From an uncultured cyanobacterium (GTDB lineage Bacteria > Cyanobacteriota > Cyanobacteriia > Cyanobacteriales > CAWUOF01), in assembly GCA_963744145.1 (NCBI GenBank), contig CAVUSO010000001.1:6400001-6464000 (forward strand): a stretch of DNA of 64,000 nt. Reading direction: 5' to 3'. The notes beneath the pieces are model-generated. The model searched no databases, was not told the origin of the DNA, and saw only the letters and a program-made list of their open reading frames with translations. The translations under genes were made by a program, and so were the position numbers. How positions within the stretch are numbered: position 1 is the first letter of the stretch; the number at the start of each line of letters is the position of its first letter. This document shows, one piece after another, positions 1-9,097 of the stretch.

Positions 1-129
1 CGTTTTTCCATGACATGATCAATTGCTGCTTGAGCATGATCGTTAATCCGACCAATGGGAGCTGCTGTATGTTGGAGTTCGCTACCTTTTGCCATTAAGC
101 TATTAATCTGATAGGAATTAGGGTTAGAC

Positions 130-1311
130 CAGAAATGTTGAATCTTGATACAAAACTTTACATATGTTGACATACGGATGCAAAAATGACAAATTTTTCA
201 ACAAAGCATCACCTCCTCAAACCAATGGACATAGCTAATTTTTTGACACATACATGCTTGAAGATAGCGAATTTTATCTAATAATTTTTCTCCCCATTCT
301 GGCGGAATAGATATTAGTTGTAAAATTAGATATGCGATTAAACTAGCATAAATTTGAATGGTAATTCCATTGACATTTTTCGTAATTAATTTATCTAGTT
401 TTAGGTGCATTTTGAGAAATTTCCATAGCAATTCTATTGACCATCTTAATCGATAGATATCTAACAGCTCTTGCTCTGATATACCTTCTTCGCCTTCTCG
501 AGGTAAATTAGTGATCAATCTAAATTCTGTTCGCGTTTCTAGATCACAAAAACTTACTACTCTATAAGCTTTAGCTTTTGGCGAAGCTCCCACTTTTATT
601 AATTCACTGTCTGGACAATATTCTAATTTCCAATTGTTTTTTATTCTCATGACAAAATATTTATTGTTTTGGACTAAATCTTCGATAAATTCTAATCCAG
701 CAAAACCTCTATCCATTACTCCTACTGCGTTTTCTGGTAAATCAGCTATCATGTCCTTGCCGAATTTATAATCATGATCTTGGCCAAAGTTTATCAGGCT
801 ACTCTCACAATTTCCCTTACTTAAATTTAAAGAACTAAATAATTTTACTTGATGATATCCTTGTAAATATAAAAGTTTACTTGTTAAAGTAATTATTGTT
901 GAATCAATGGGACATATTAAATATTTTGCACCAAATTTTTTGGGATTTTTTTGATTGACTAATTGCTTTAAGGTTTCAAAAATTTTTTGAAATGGTTTTT
1001 GACTTCGATGTTTATTTGCCTTAGAAAAAGTGGAAATATCTACCTCAAATCCTGTCAGATTTAAACGCTTAAATAAATCCCGCATACTGGTTAAACTTTT
1101 ATCTAACGTATAACCCAACCATAGCTCCACGAACAAGCGGCTATTTAGAACGGGATAATCAGTTTTAGATAGCCCCTTCAATAAATGCTTGACAATTTTA
1201 GGAAATGAATAGAAAATCATAATCAATTATGTTTTTTTAGATTTTACCACCTAAATTATCACATAATTTGGGTGGTTTTTCTCCCTTATTTTCTAACATT
1301 CAACATTTCTG
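130..1311 (-). mobile_element. Complete IS4-family insertion sequence
   Basis: Perfect 14-bp TIRs CAGAAATGTTGAAT (130-143) / ATTCAACATTTCTG (1298-1311); 9-bp target duplication GGGTTAGAC at 121-129 and 1312-1320. Confidence 0.92.
198..1226 (-). CDS. IS4-family DDE transposase
   Basis: PIDST, VMDRGF and the YRLRWSIELLWKFLK (YREK-type) motif; lies inside the TIRs. Confidence 0.9.
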   Translation of the reverse strand: MIMIFYSFPKIVKHLLKGLSKTDYPVLNSRLFVELWLGYTLDKSLTSMRDLFKRLNLTGFEVDISTFSKANKHRSQKPFQKIFETLKQLVNQKNPKKFGAKYLICPIDSTIITLTSKLLYLQGYHQVKLFSSLNLSKGNCESSLINFGQDHDYKFGKDMIADLPENAVGVMDRGFAGLEFIEDLVQNNKYFVMRIKNNWKLEYCPDSELIKVGASPKAKAYRVVSFCDLETRTEFRLITNLPREGEEGISEQELLDIYRLRWSIELLWKFLKMHLKLDKLITKNVNGITIQIYASLIAYLILQLISIPPEWGEKLLDKIRYLQACMCQKISYVHWFEEVMLC

Positions 1312-1393
1312 GGGTTAGACATATTTGGTTTTCTCCTGGTTGGATGTTGTAGTTTTCTTATTTTCTATGCTAGAAAAACTTTAGCTAAATGTC

Positions 1394-1411
1394 TGTCGAT
1401 AAATATCGATT
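1394..1411. promoter_or_regulatory. Putative operator, copy 1 (TGTCGAT-WWW-TATCGATT)
   Basis: TGTCGATAAATATCGATT about 70 bp upstream of the ATG at 1322; matches 3322-3339. Confidence 0.4.
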
Positions 1412-1440
1412 TTTGTTGTCGTTAGTGATTGAATGTGATT

Positions 1441-1895
1441 GAGCGCAGAAGAAGGGTGAAGCATTCGGATATAATACAGCGGATGACCTGTTGATGAAGT
1501 ACAGTAAGATTTGGCATGAATAGCGATCAGTTAAAGTCGCTGGTGAGTGATCTGTGTTGGTTGGGCAGGTTTATGATCGTGATCTGTTTGGAGCAGAATT
1601 GATTGGTGAACCTGCCCCTACAAATCCCGGTTGATTGTGATCATAAATTCATTCACCTGCCCCTACAAATCCTGTTAATCTTGTAATCCTCTAATCCTGA
1701 TCGATTTTTCGGTGAATCCCTGTAGGGGCGGGTTCACCGTTGAATTTGCCACATACAAATAACCTTAATGAACCCGCCAGGAAACCACAGATCACCTTGA
1801 TGAACTTCATAAACCTGGAATAAGCTGTATTACTGGTTTCAGCGCTCAATTGTCGCTAAACATGCTTCACCCCTACACTTAACTGAACCGTATTG
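1441..1895. repeat. Composite MITE/REP-like repeat cluster
   Basis: Several GTAGGGGC/GCCCCTAC hairpin arms; block GATGAAGTACAGTAAGATTTGGCATGAAT...GTTGGGCAGGTTTATGA shared with ~15470-15610 (inverted), ~17000-17110 (inverted) and ~26905-27000; ends in TIR TTAACTGAACCGTATTG (1879-1895). Confidence 0.75.
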
Positions 1896-1922
1896 ATCTA
1901 AATTAACCGTCTCAGTTCTGGG

Positions 1923-3200
1923 TTAATTGAAAAGATTTCTTAACCTAGTGGTAGCATAATTGATCAAATTATTCACTTTTTCTTTAACCTCCTGTTGTTT
2001 CTGTTGATCGCGATACAAGTTTTGAGCAGCAGCATTTTGTTGTCGTTTGACAGCAGTGCGAATCGATCGAGGAATCCGATATTTACTGACCAGCTTTAAC
2101 AGTTCTTGCTTAGTATGCTTGATGATTTCATCCGCGATCGCTTCCATAACTTCCGGCATCTTATCACTGGTAGAAGCTTGTTCGATCGCTTTTTGATGTT
2201 GGTCTAGTTCAAGTTGTTTTTGACGGGATACTATTTCCCTGGTATTCTTAATGTCTTGTTCGGCATTTTCTATTAATTGATGTTCACGAAGTTCTAACAA
2301 AGCATCATAGGGGCTACGTTTGCTGAGTAATTTGACAAATAGTGGTGCTGTATCGACGACGATAAATAACCAGGAAATCGCATTACTTGCACTTTTAATC
2401 GCAGGATTTTTATGACATAATCGGTCTAAAATGTTGAGTTGAGTTATAATATCATCAGCGTTTTCTTGCGCTGTCTTCATGGTTTGAAGTTGTTGGTCTT
2501 TCTGGTTTTTCAGTTGGTTGATTCGTTCGTGATTTGTTTCTATTTTTGGTTGTGCTGTGGTTTTAAATGATGCTAATTCTTGTTCCTGTTGTTGACAAAG
2601 GGTTTCTTTTTGTTGATAGACTGGTCCAAGTCCGGGTTTACCTGTTCCACTGCTTCCTTCCGCTTCCGCGATCGCTTTACCACAGAGTTGATCGCGTGTT
2701 TTTTCTTTCTGGAGACGTTGTTCTTCTAATTTCTGGTTCTCTAGTTCTAATTGATGAATTTCTGGCATTCCCTGATCTAATTTTTTTTGAACTTCAATCG
2801 TCACTTCGATATTTTTTTGACCTATTTCCGCGAAAATTGGCTTTTCAAATAGCTTTAGTTCTAGTGGTTTTGCTACTACAACTGCAATTAAAAAAGCCAC
2901 AAAAACACGGATAGCTGCTGTAAGAAATTGTCCTAGAGTAGGTTTTTTTTCTTTGCGGGTGGAGATGATAATTGAGCGATCCATATTTAAGATGAACGCA
3001 CCCCAAAAAATTCCTAAACAACAAGAGATTGTTGGGTCTTTGAAAATTGTAGCGAAGGCGTAACCTCCTGATAAGATACCAGCACCTGTAGTTAATAAAA
3101 TTGATATTCCTATGGCTGTATGTTTCTTGCGATCGCTTTCTGTAGATTGTTCTAATAAATCGGGATCACTTCCAGCAATCAGCCAAAGTATTCTTTTCAT
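1923..3200 (-). CDS. DUF4407-like membrane and coiled-coil protein
   Basis: Three N-terminal hydrophobic helices, KPLELKLFEKPI, EAEG..GTGKPGLGPVY, long coiled coil and a later TM segment; ATG 3200 with GAGG upstream preferred to the ORF start at 3275. Confidence 0.75.
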   Translation of the reverse strand: MKRILWLIAGSDPDLLEQSTESDRKKHTAIGISILLTTGAGILSGGYAFATIFKDPTISCCLGIFWGAFILNMDRSIIISTRKEKKPTLGQFLTAAIRVFVAFLIAVVVAKPLELKLFEKPIFAEIGQKNIEVTIEVQKKLDQGMPEIHQLELENQKLEEQRLQKEKTRDQLCGKAIAEAEGSSGTGKPGLGPVYQQKETLCQQQEQELASFKTTAQPKIETNHERINQLKNQKDQQLQTMKTAQENADDIITQLNILDRLCHKNPAIKSASNAISWLFIVVDTAPLFVKLLSKRSPYDALLELREHQLIENAEQDIKNTREIVSRQKQLELDQHQKAIEQASTSDKMPEVMEAIADEIIKHTKQELLKLVSKYRIPRSIRTAVKRQQNAAAQNLYRDQQKQQEVKEKVNNLINYATTRLRNLFN

Positions 3201-3295
3201 AAATTTTCCTCTTTTTTGAGAGTGATGGGAAAATGTGGGAATATTCCCTATGTTTAAAAGCCTAATGAATATCAAAGAAAGAGTCTATTTGGTTA

Positions 3296-3339
3296 TGTCG
3301 ATTTTTGGAGGTATCGACTTTTGTCGATTTTTATCGATT
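3296..3339. promoter_or_regulatory. Putative operator, copy 2, with phased TCGA repeats in the divergent intergenic region
   Basis: TCGA cores at 3298, 3314, 3324 and 3334; 3322-3339 is TGTCGATTTTTATCGATT. Confidence 0.4.
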
Positions 3340-3515
3340 GAGGGGAAACACTATAGACATTTCCAAAAAATTTGTTTAGTATGGCAATGACAAAATAATT
3401 CAGAGCAACTAGATATTGCTAAAACTAATACTATCTAGATTAGGTAAATTTTGTCAATTGGTTGAGAGTTAAGTTCAGATCACTTATCCAAAAAATTTGA
3501 AAGGAATTGAAGAAA

Positions 3516-4391
3516 ATGAAAACATTAATCTCCTATGATAACTATGAATACGATTTTATGGATGCGATGGTTAATCGTTTTAATTTGTCTGGGAAAAAAG
3601 AAATAGTTTTTCGCAGCCGTTTTGTTAAAGATAATGATGGTTGTCTTCATCAAAAATTAGCTGACCAAAACAGTAAATATTTAGCTGATGAATCCCCAAA
3701 TGCTGGTCAAATTTATCGACAAAACTTATCCTCGATTTCCGATAAGCTCGAAGAAATGGGATGTCCTCCCAGTACAGGAGCGGATCGTTGGAAAAATTGC
3801 CGTTTGTGGTTACGGGAGGAAATGTTTAAACAGTGGGCTAAAGAGCAGGGTTTGATCAAACCGTTAACAATTGAGGACTGTTGGAATGAATTAAAAGCAA
3901 AGGGTAAAAGTTCTCAATCGATAACAGGGAAAATAGAATCACAGTTGATCGTGGAAAAATGGGAACCACAATTATCAAAAATGGGAGCAAGACCAAATAT
4001 CAATCGTCAATCATTCCCACTGAATAGCGATTTGATTTATAAGGTGATTTCTCCCCAAGTTGGACATTTATTGCTATTTGAACAGGAACCTAATGGTACT
4101 ATAGTTTGTCTGTGTCCCTCAGAATTTGCCCCATCTACCTCCTATCTAGGGAAAGAAGTCCAGTTACCCCATATTGACTCTGAGTATATGACTTTTGGGT
4201 CTGATGAGATCGGGTCGGAACAATTGATTGCGGTGATTATTCCAGAGTTACCACCGTTTCAGTGGTTGGAAGATAGTCGTCAGGAAGCGTTGGAGTTGAA
4301 TCAAGAGCATTTAGCAGAAGTGTTAGACTATGTGAATAGTCAAACCAAGGTTGAAGTTTTATATACGGAATATTCGATCGCTGCATTTTAA
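3516..4391 (+). CDS. Protein with an N-terminal helical (HTH-like) domain and a C-terminal DUF4384-like domain
   Basis: C-terminal GHLLLFEQEPNGTIVCLCPS...GSEQLIAVI pattern typical of DUF4384; ATG 3516 preferred to TTG 3507. Confidence 0.65.
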   Translation: MKTLISYDNYEYDFMDAMVNRFNLSGKKEIVFRSRFVKDNDGCLHQKLADQNSKYLADESPNAGQIYRQNLSSISDKLEEMGCPPSTGADRWKNCRLWLREEMFKQWAKEQGLIKPLTIEDCWNELKAKGKSSQSITGKIESQLIVEKWEPQLSKMGARPNINRQSFPLNSDLIYKVISPQVGHLLLFEQEPNGTIVCLCPSEFAPSTSYLGKEVQLPHIDSEYMTFGSDEIGSEQLIAVIIPELPPFQWLEDSRQEALELNQEHLAEVLDYVNSQTKVEVLYTEYSIAAF

Positions 4392-4439
4392 GAGTAATTT
4401 TTTTATTAAAACAACTAGCTTTATTAGAGAAAAACTCTG

Positions 4440-7400
4440 ATGAAGCAGTTTTTAGATGATTTAAAAATAGTAATGGGAGAAGGAAAAATGAATTTTTTCA
4501 AGAAGTTGTTTAAATGTTTAAGTCAGCGTTTGAAATTTTTATTAATACTTAATCAACAAGTTAATCAGCTTTATAATCAAGGCAAATTTAATGAAGCGAT
4601 CGTTGTTGCTGAACAAGCATTAACGTTAGCTAAAACTCTTCATGCTAATGATCATCTTGATGTGGCTACCAGTCTGAATAACTTGGCATTACTCTACAAC
4701 TCCCAAGGAAGGTTAGAGGACGCAGAACCTCTCTACCTCCAAGCCTTAGACATGAGAAAACGCCTATTTCCCGGCGACCATCCTAATGTGGCTGCCAGTC
4801 TGAATAACTTGGTATCACTCTACAACTCCCAAGGAAGGTTAGAGGAGGCGGAACCTCTCTTGCTCCAAGCCTTAGACATGACAAAACGCCTATTTCCCGG
4901 CGACCATCCTGATGTGGCTATCAGTCTGAATAACTTGGTATCACTCTACAACTCCCAAGGAAGGTTGGGGGAGGCGGAACCTCTCTACCTCCAAGCCTTA
5001 GACATGAGAAAACGCCTATTTCCCGGCAATCATCCTGATGTGGCGAACAGTCTGAATAACTTGGCATCACTCTACCACACCCAAGGACGGTTGGGGGAGG
5101 CGGAACCTCTCTTTCTCCAAGCATTAGACATGAGAAAACGCCTATTTCCTGGCAACCAGCCTGATGTGGCGAACAGTCTGCATGAATTGGCATTGCTCTA
5201 CCACACTCAAGGACGGTTGGGGGAGGCGGAACCTCTCTTTCTCCAAGCTTTAGACATGACAAAACGCCTATTTCCCGGCGACCATTCTTATGTGGCAATA
5301 TGTCTAAATAGCTTGGGACATCTCTACCACACTCAAGGACGGTTGGGGGAGGCGGAACCTCTCTTTCTCCAAGCATTAGACATGAGAAAACGCCTATTTC
5401 CTGGCAACCAGCCTGATGTGGCGAACAGTCTGAATAGCTTGGCATCACTCTACCACACTCAAGGACGGTTGGGGGAGGCGGAACCTCTCTACTTCCAAGC
5501 TTTAGACATGACAAAACGCCTATTTCCCGGCGACCATAATGATGCAGCAAGATGTCTGAATAACTTGGCAATGCTCTACCAAGCCCAAGGACGGTTGAGG
5601 GAGGCGGAACCTCTCTATATCCAAGCCTTAGACATGACAAAACGTCTATTTCCCGGCGACCATTCCTCTGTGGCAATATGTCTAAATAACTTGGGATCAT
5701 TATTACTTGTTACAAACAAGCATCAAGAAGCATTTGAAAAAATGTATGAAAATATCGTAATGGAAACACGTTTAATTCAGCGAAATTTCGCTTTTAGTTC
5801 AGAAAAAGAACGACTAGAGTCAATAAAAAGTAAGAAATATGAATTTGATGCTTTCCTTTCCTTAGTATCTAAATATTTTTCTAACTCTTCTGAACAAGTT
5901 CAACAAACATTAGATGTAGTTCTCAAACGTAAATCTATTACTGCCGCAGCATTAGCACAATTGAATTTTGCGATTCATAGTCAACGTTATTCCCATCTCA
6001 AACCTAAGTTTAATCAACTTCGTTCTCTCCAAGAACAACTATTTTATCGTCAGAAAAACCTTCCTATTTACGATCCAGAAGCCCCCAAAGAAATTTATCA
6101 GATTCGGTTTGAACAGTATCAAAAAGACCTTGCCGAATTAAATCAACAATGTCAACAGTTGGAAAAGGAACTAAGCACCGAAATCCCAGAAATGAACCTC
6201 GAACATCAAACTATTGATCGTCGTGCTATTGCTTTAGAATTACCTGACAATAATGTCTTAGTTGAATATGTGCAATTTAAACGTTATGACTTTACCGCCC
6301 CCAAAGGTCAAGAATGGAAATCACCGGAATATTGGGCGTTTATTTTACCCCCTCAACATCCAGATCAAGTACAGATGATTTCTTTAGGAGCAGCCCAACC
6401 CATTGATGATTTAATTCACAAGGTACGACAAGTCTTAATCATGCCTGAAAATGATGGTTACTCAACCAGTGCTAGGAAAGGTAAAACAAAAGATGAAACC
6501 CTAAAAGTCTCCTTAAAGAAGTATGAATATCAACTCGAATCAGCCCATGATTTACGGAAAAAAATCTTCACCCCCCTGGTTCCTATATTGCAAAATTATC
6601 AAAACATTCTGATCGCACCCGATGGAGAATTAAGCCTAATTCCCTTTGGAGCTTTACCGACAGAACAACCAGATAAACTCCTCAGCGATCGCTATCAAAT
6701 CAGTTATCTCAGTAGTGGTCGTGATCTCTTAAGATGGAAAATAAAAACCGATCGCACCGCTTCAGAATCTTTCATAATTGCTAATCCTAATTTTGACTAT
6801 CCAGCCCCGCCAAAATTGCCCGAATCTGCACCTAAAACCCCGCTCCAAACAGAAGATATTCCTAACCCTAAACCTAAATTCAAAAATCTCTCTAGTGCCC
6901 CCGAATTTCCGCCCCTGCCAGAAACAGAAACTCTCGCCAAAAAATTAGCAACAAAATTAAATATACCCAACCTTTATCTCCAAGATCAAGCCCTAGAAAC
7001 ACTCTTTACAGCAACAACCAATCCCCGGATATTAGTAATCGCTACTCATGGAGATTATGAAGCCAAAGATGAGCAAACCTACCCGCAAGAAAACAGCTTC
7101 GATCGCTTGATAACTCCACCTAAAGACAATCCCATGATCCGGAGTTATTTAGCCCTAGCGGGAGCCAATACCTCGCGCCAAGGACAAACCTTACCCCCAG
7201 AAGCAGGTAAAGGAATATTATCAGCAGAGGATATCGCCGCGATCGATTTATGGGAAAACGAATTAACCATTTTAATTGCTTGTCAGACGGGATTAGGAGA
7301 GGTAGTAATCGGAGAGGGAGTATTTGGGTTACGTCGAGCCTTTGCGATCGCGGGATGTAAAGCATTAATAATGAGTTTATGGTCAGTACCGACCCTAGCT

Positions 7401-7658
7401 TCTCTCTTATTAATGGATGAATTTATCAACCAAATTCAACAGGGAGTAGGGAAACGAGCCGCTTTAGTGACAGCCCAAAATTATCTTCGTACTATTACCA
7501 TCGAAACCTTACAAACCTTGCCCACTGGTGATGATATTCTCAAGGAATTCATTGAGCAAAGGATCATCTCTGAGGAATATATAAAAAATAATCCAAATTA
7601 TCAATTGTTATCCCACCCTTATTTTTGGAGAGCCTGGATCTCTCAGGGAGAATTTTAA
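4440..7658 (+). CDS. TPR-repeat CHAT-domain (caspase-like) protease
   Basis: 42-aa kinesin-light-chain-type TPRs; CHAT motifs IAPDGELSLIPF, ATHG, IACQTGLG, SLWSV, HPYFWRAW; catalytic His and Cys present. Confidence 0.92.
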   Translation: MKQFLDDLKIVMGEGKMNFFKKLFKCLSQRLKFLLILNQQVNQLYNQGKFNEAIVVAEQALTLAKTLHANDHLDVATSLNNLALLYNSQGRLEDAEPLYLQALDMRKRLFPGDHPNVAASLNNLVSLYNSQGRLEEAEPLLLQALDMTKRLFPGDHPDVAISLNNLVSLYNSQGRLGEAEPLYLQALDMRKRLFPGNHPDVANSLNNLASLYHTQGRLGEAEPLFLQALDMRKRLFPGNQPDVANSLHELALLYHTQGRLGEAEPLFLQALDMTKRLFPGDHSYVAICLNSLGHLYHTQGRLGEAEPLFLQALDMRKRLFPGNQPDVANSLNSLASLYHTQGRLGEAEPLYFQALDMTKRLFPGDHNDAARCLNNLAMLYQAQGRLREAEPLYIQALDMTKRLFPGDHSSVAICLNNLGSLLLVTNKHQEAFEKMYENIVMETRLIQRNFAFSSEKERLESIKSKKYEFDAFLSLVSKYFSNSSEQVQQTLDVVLKRKSITAAALAQLNFAIHSQRYSHLKPKFNQLRSLQEQLFYRQKNLPIYDPEAPKEIYQIRFEQYQKDLAELNQQCQQLEKELSTEIPEMNLEHQTIDRRAIALELPDNNVLVEYVQFKRYDFTAPKGQEWKSPEYWAFILPPQHPDQVQMISLGAAQPIDDLIHKVRQVLIMPENDGYSTSARKGKTKDETLKVSLKKYEYQLESAHDLRKKIFTPLVPILQNYQNILIAPDGELSLIPFGALPTEQPDKLLSDRYQISYLSSGRDLLRWKIKTDRTASESFIIANPNFDYPAPPKLPESAPKTPLQTEDIPNPKPKFKNLSSAPEFPPLPETETLAKKLATKLNIPNLYLQDQALETLFTATTNPRILVIATHGDYEAKDEQTYPQENSFDRLITPPKDNPMIRSYLALAGANTSRQGQTLPPEAGKGILSAEDIAAIDLWENELTILIACQTGLGEVVIGEGVFGLRRAFAIAGCKALIMSLWSVPTLASLLLMDEFINQIQQGVGKRAALVTAQNYLRTITIETLQTLPTGDDILKEFIEQRIISEEYIKNNPNYQLLSHPYFWRAWISQGEF
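4671..5678 (+). repeat. Eight tandem 126-bp TPR-coding repeats
   Basis: Eight consecutive units of SLNNL..LY..QGRL.EAEPL..QALDM.KRLFPG; 5082-5180 is identical to 5334-5432. Confidence 0.95.
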
Positions 7659-7790
7659 TCAATAATATTTTACATCAATAAGAGCAAATAACAAAATATG
7701 AAATTAAATCAAATCACCAGCAACTCTAATGAATGAAAATTAAATAACATGATAATCGCTATGTAGTTTCGCTCTTGGCGATTAATTTAT

Positions 7791-7854
7791 GGACGGGCAA
7801 GATGCCCGTCCCACAAGGGCTATTTTTTTGGTGGGACAGGCATCTTGCCTGTCC
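7791..7854. repeat. Inverted pair of GTGG-type REP-like palindromes between convergent genes
   Basis: GGACGGGCAAGATGCCCGTCCCAC ... GTGGGACAGGCATCTTGCCTGTCC; related copy near 26937-26959. Confidence 0.7.
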
Positions 7855-7886
7855 TATTTATTTTTGCAAGGGGTCTAATCAAACGC

Positions 7887-8747
7887 TCAAATTAAATCGG
7901 GATCTATTCCTTGCGATCGCAAATAAGCTGCTAATCGCTCTTTCTGTTGCTGTTCTCGATCAGCTCGTAATGTTTCAGCCTCAGCTCGTAATGTTTCAGC
8001 CTCAGCTCGTAATGTTTCAGCCTCAGCTCGTTGACGTTCCTGTTCAGCATGGAGACGTTCAAGTTTAGCTTGTTCACTACCGGTTAGCAACAAATTGCCT
8101 TGACTATCCCACCAACGTAACCAGTGAGTAGTCTGATTTTGATAGCTACCTTCCCACACTCCTAATTCGATTCCCATTAGGTCAATTGGGTAATGTCCCC
8201 GCTCATTTGGTTGCAAACGGTGATAACGAGTATTCACCCAGTTATAAACTTCCAATTCCCTGGTTTTGATGATGTATATGGCATAGTAAGGAATCCGAAT
8301 AATCTGCTCATATACCCAAAACTTCCCAGGTTTTTGATTGCTCCGTTCGGGTAAACGAGATAGGGGAGTATTGTCTCGTTCTTCGGCACCATTTCCACTG
8401 GCTAATTCGATCGCGATTAAGGGCACACTATATTCGCGCCATAATACATAGGAACGGCGAACTTGACCATCTAATAGGGGTGGAACGTTAGGAACATAGA
8501 ACCAATCCGGTGCTTCCGCTCCCCGTTCCGGAGGATCTGTTTCTCTCCAATAAATCCCACTATCTTGTCCGATCGCATATTGACCATCTGGATGGAGATT
8601 TTGCAGTGTAGTTTCCAGAGAGTCGGTTAGCAAGATACACTGGGGATGTTCTTGAAAGTTTTTCACGAAAGTGCCGTCAGATTCAGGTAGTTGAGTATGA
8701 TCGGGAAAAGGAGGGGGTAATATAGTGGGGTCAAGACTTATGCCCAT
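7887..8747 (-). CDS. Uma2-family (DUF820) endonuclease-like protein with coiled-coil tail
   Basis: PDHTQLPESDG, APDWFYVP, IELASG, WLRWWD and the LAAYLRSQGIDPD tail. Confidence 0.88.
   Translation of the reverse strand: MGISLDPTILPPPFPDHTQLPESDGTFVKNFQEHPQCILLTDSLETTLQNLHPDGQYAIGQDSGIYWRETDPPERGAEAPDWFYVPNVPPLLDGQVRRSYVLWREYSVPLIAIELASGNGAEERDNTPLSRLPERSNQKPGKFWVYEQIIRIPYYAIYIIKTRELEVYNWVNTRYHRLQPNERGHYPIDLMGIELGVWEGSYQNQTTHWLRWWDSQGNLLLTGSEQAKLERLHAEQERQRAEAETLRAEAETLRAEAETLRADREQQQKERLAAYLRSQGIDPDLI
7960..8031. repeat. In-frame 21-bp tandem repeat (3.4 copies)
   Basis: TCAGCTCGTAATGTTTCAGCC x3 plus a partial copy; encodes RAEAETL heptads. Confidence 0.95.
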
Positions 8748-9097
8748 AGTTCTTAGCTATCCACGACAGGAATGACTAGATGCTTGATTTAAGTATAGCA
8801 ATTTGAGATTGAGCAGTTTGCTCAGATTTAATATCTATAATATATATCTATAACTCAAAATCTACAGTCTATGGAATATCCTGAAGAAAACCTGCCAAAA
8901 GATTTATATGGGCTATCTCAGCATTTTGCTGATCGAACTCCTTTAATAGAATATAAAATTCAGGGATGTGGTGTTCACTGGCTTTGACTATCCTATCCCC
9001 AGTTAATCCTAATTTAGGTTTCCTTGAACAAAATTAATCAGTTTTAACTATAATGGAAACGAATTCATATCGAAAATAATCGGAGAAAAATATTATT

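Larger units (their letters stand above)
1..1322 (-). pseudogene. 5' end of an unknown gene split by the IS4 element in codon 4; gene continues off the left edge
   Basis: Removing the IS and one TSD copy gives AGGAG-n10-ATG(1322) TCT AAC CCT AAT TCC..., i.e. MSNPNSYQINSLMAKGSELQHTAAPIGRINDHAQAAIDHVMEK, open to position 1. Confidence 0.7.

Noticed and set aside
2567..2914. 115-aa plus-strand ORF
   Set aside because: Antisense to the DUF4407-like gene with no protein-like features
4671..5678. CRISPR array or DGR template/variable repeats
   Set aside because: Units are contiguous coding repeats without spacers; differences are not limited to adenines; no cas or reverse transcriptase gene in the window
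4921..5700. 259-aa minus-strand repetitive ORF
   Set aside because: Antisense shadow of the TPR repeats; the same applies to 41992-42270 and 42035-42253
7775..8068. 97-aa ORF with QLVMFQP repeats
   Set aside because: Shadow of the Uma2 tail repeat and the REP pair
8871..9017. Short frame MEYPEENLPKDLYG... upstream of the beta-propeller gene
   Set aside because: Too short and interrupted by a stop; no family can be assigned
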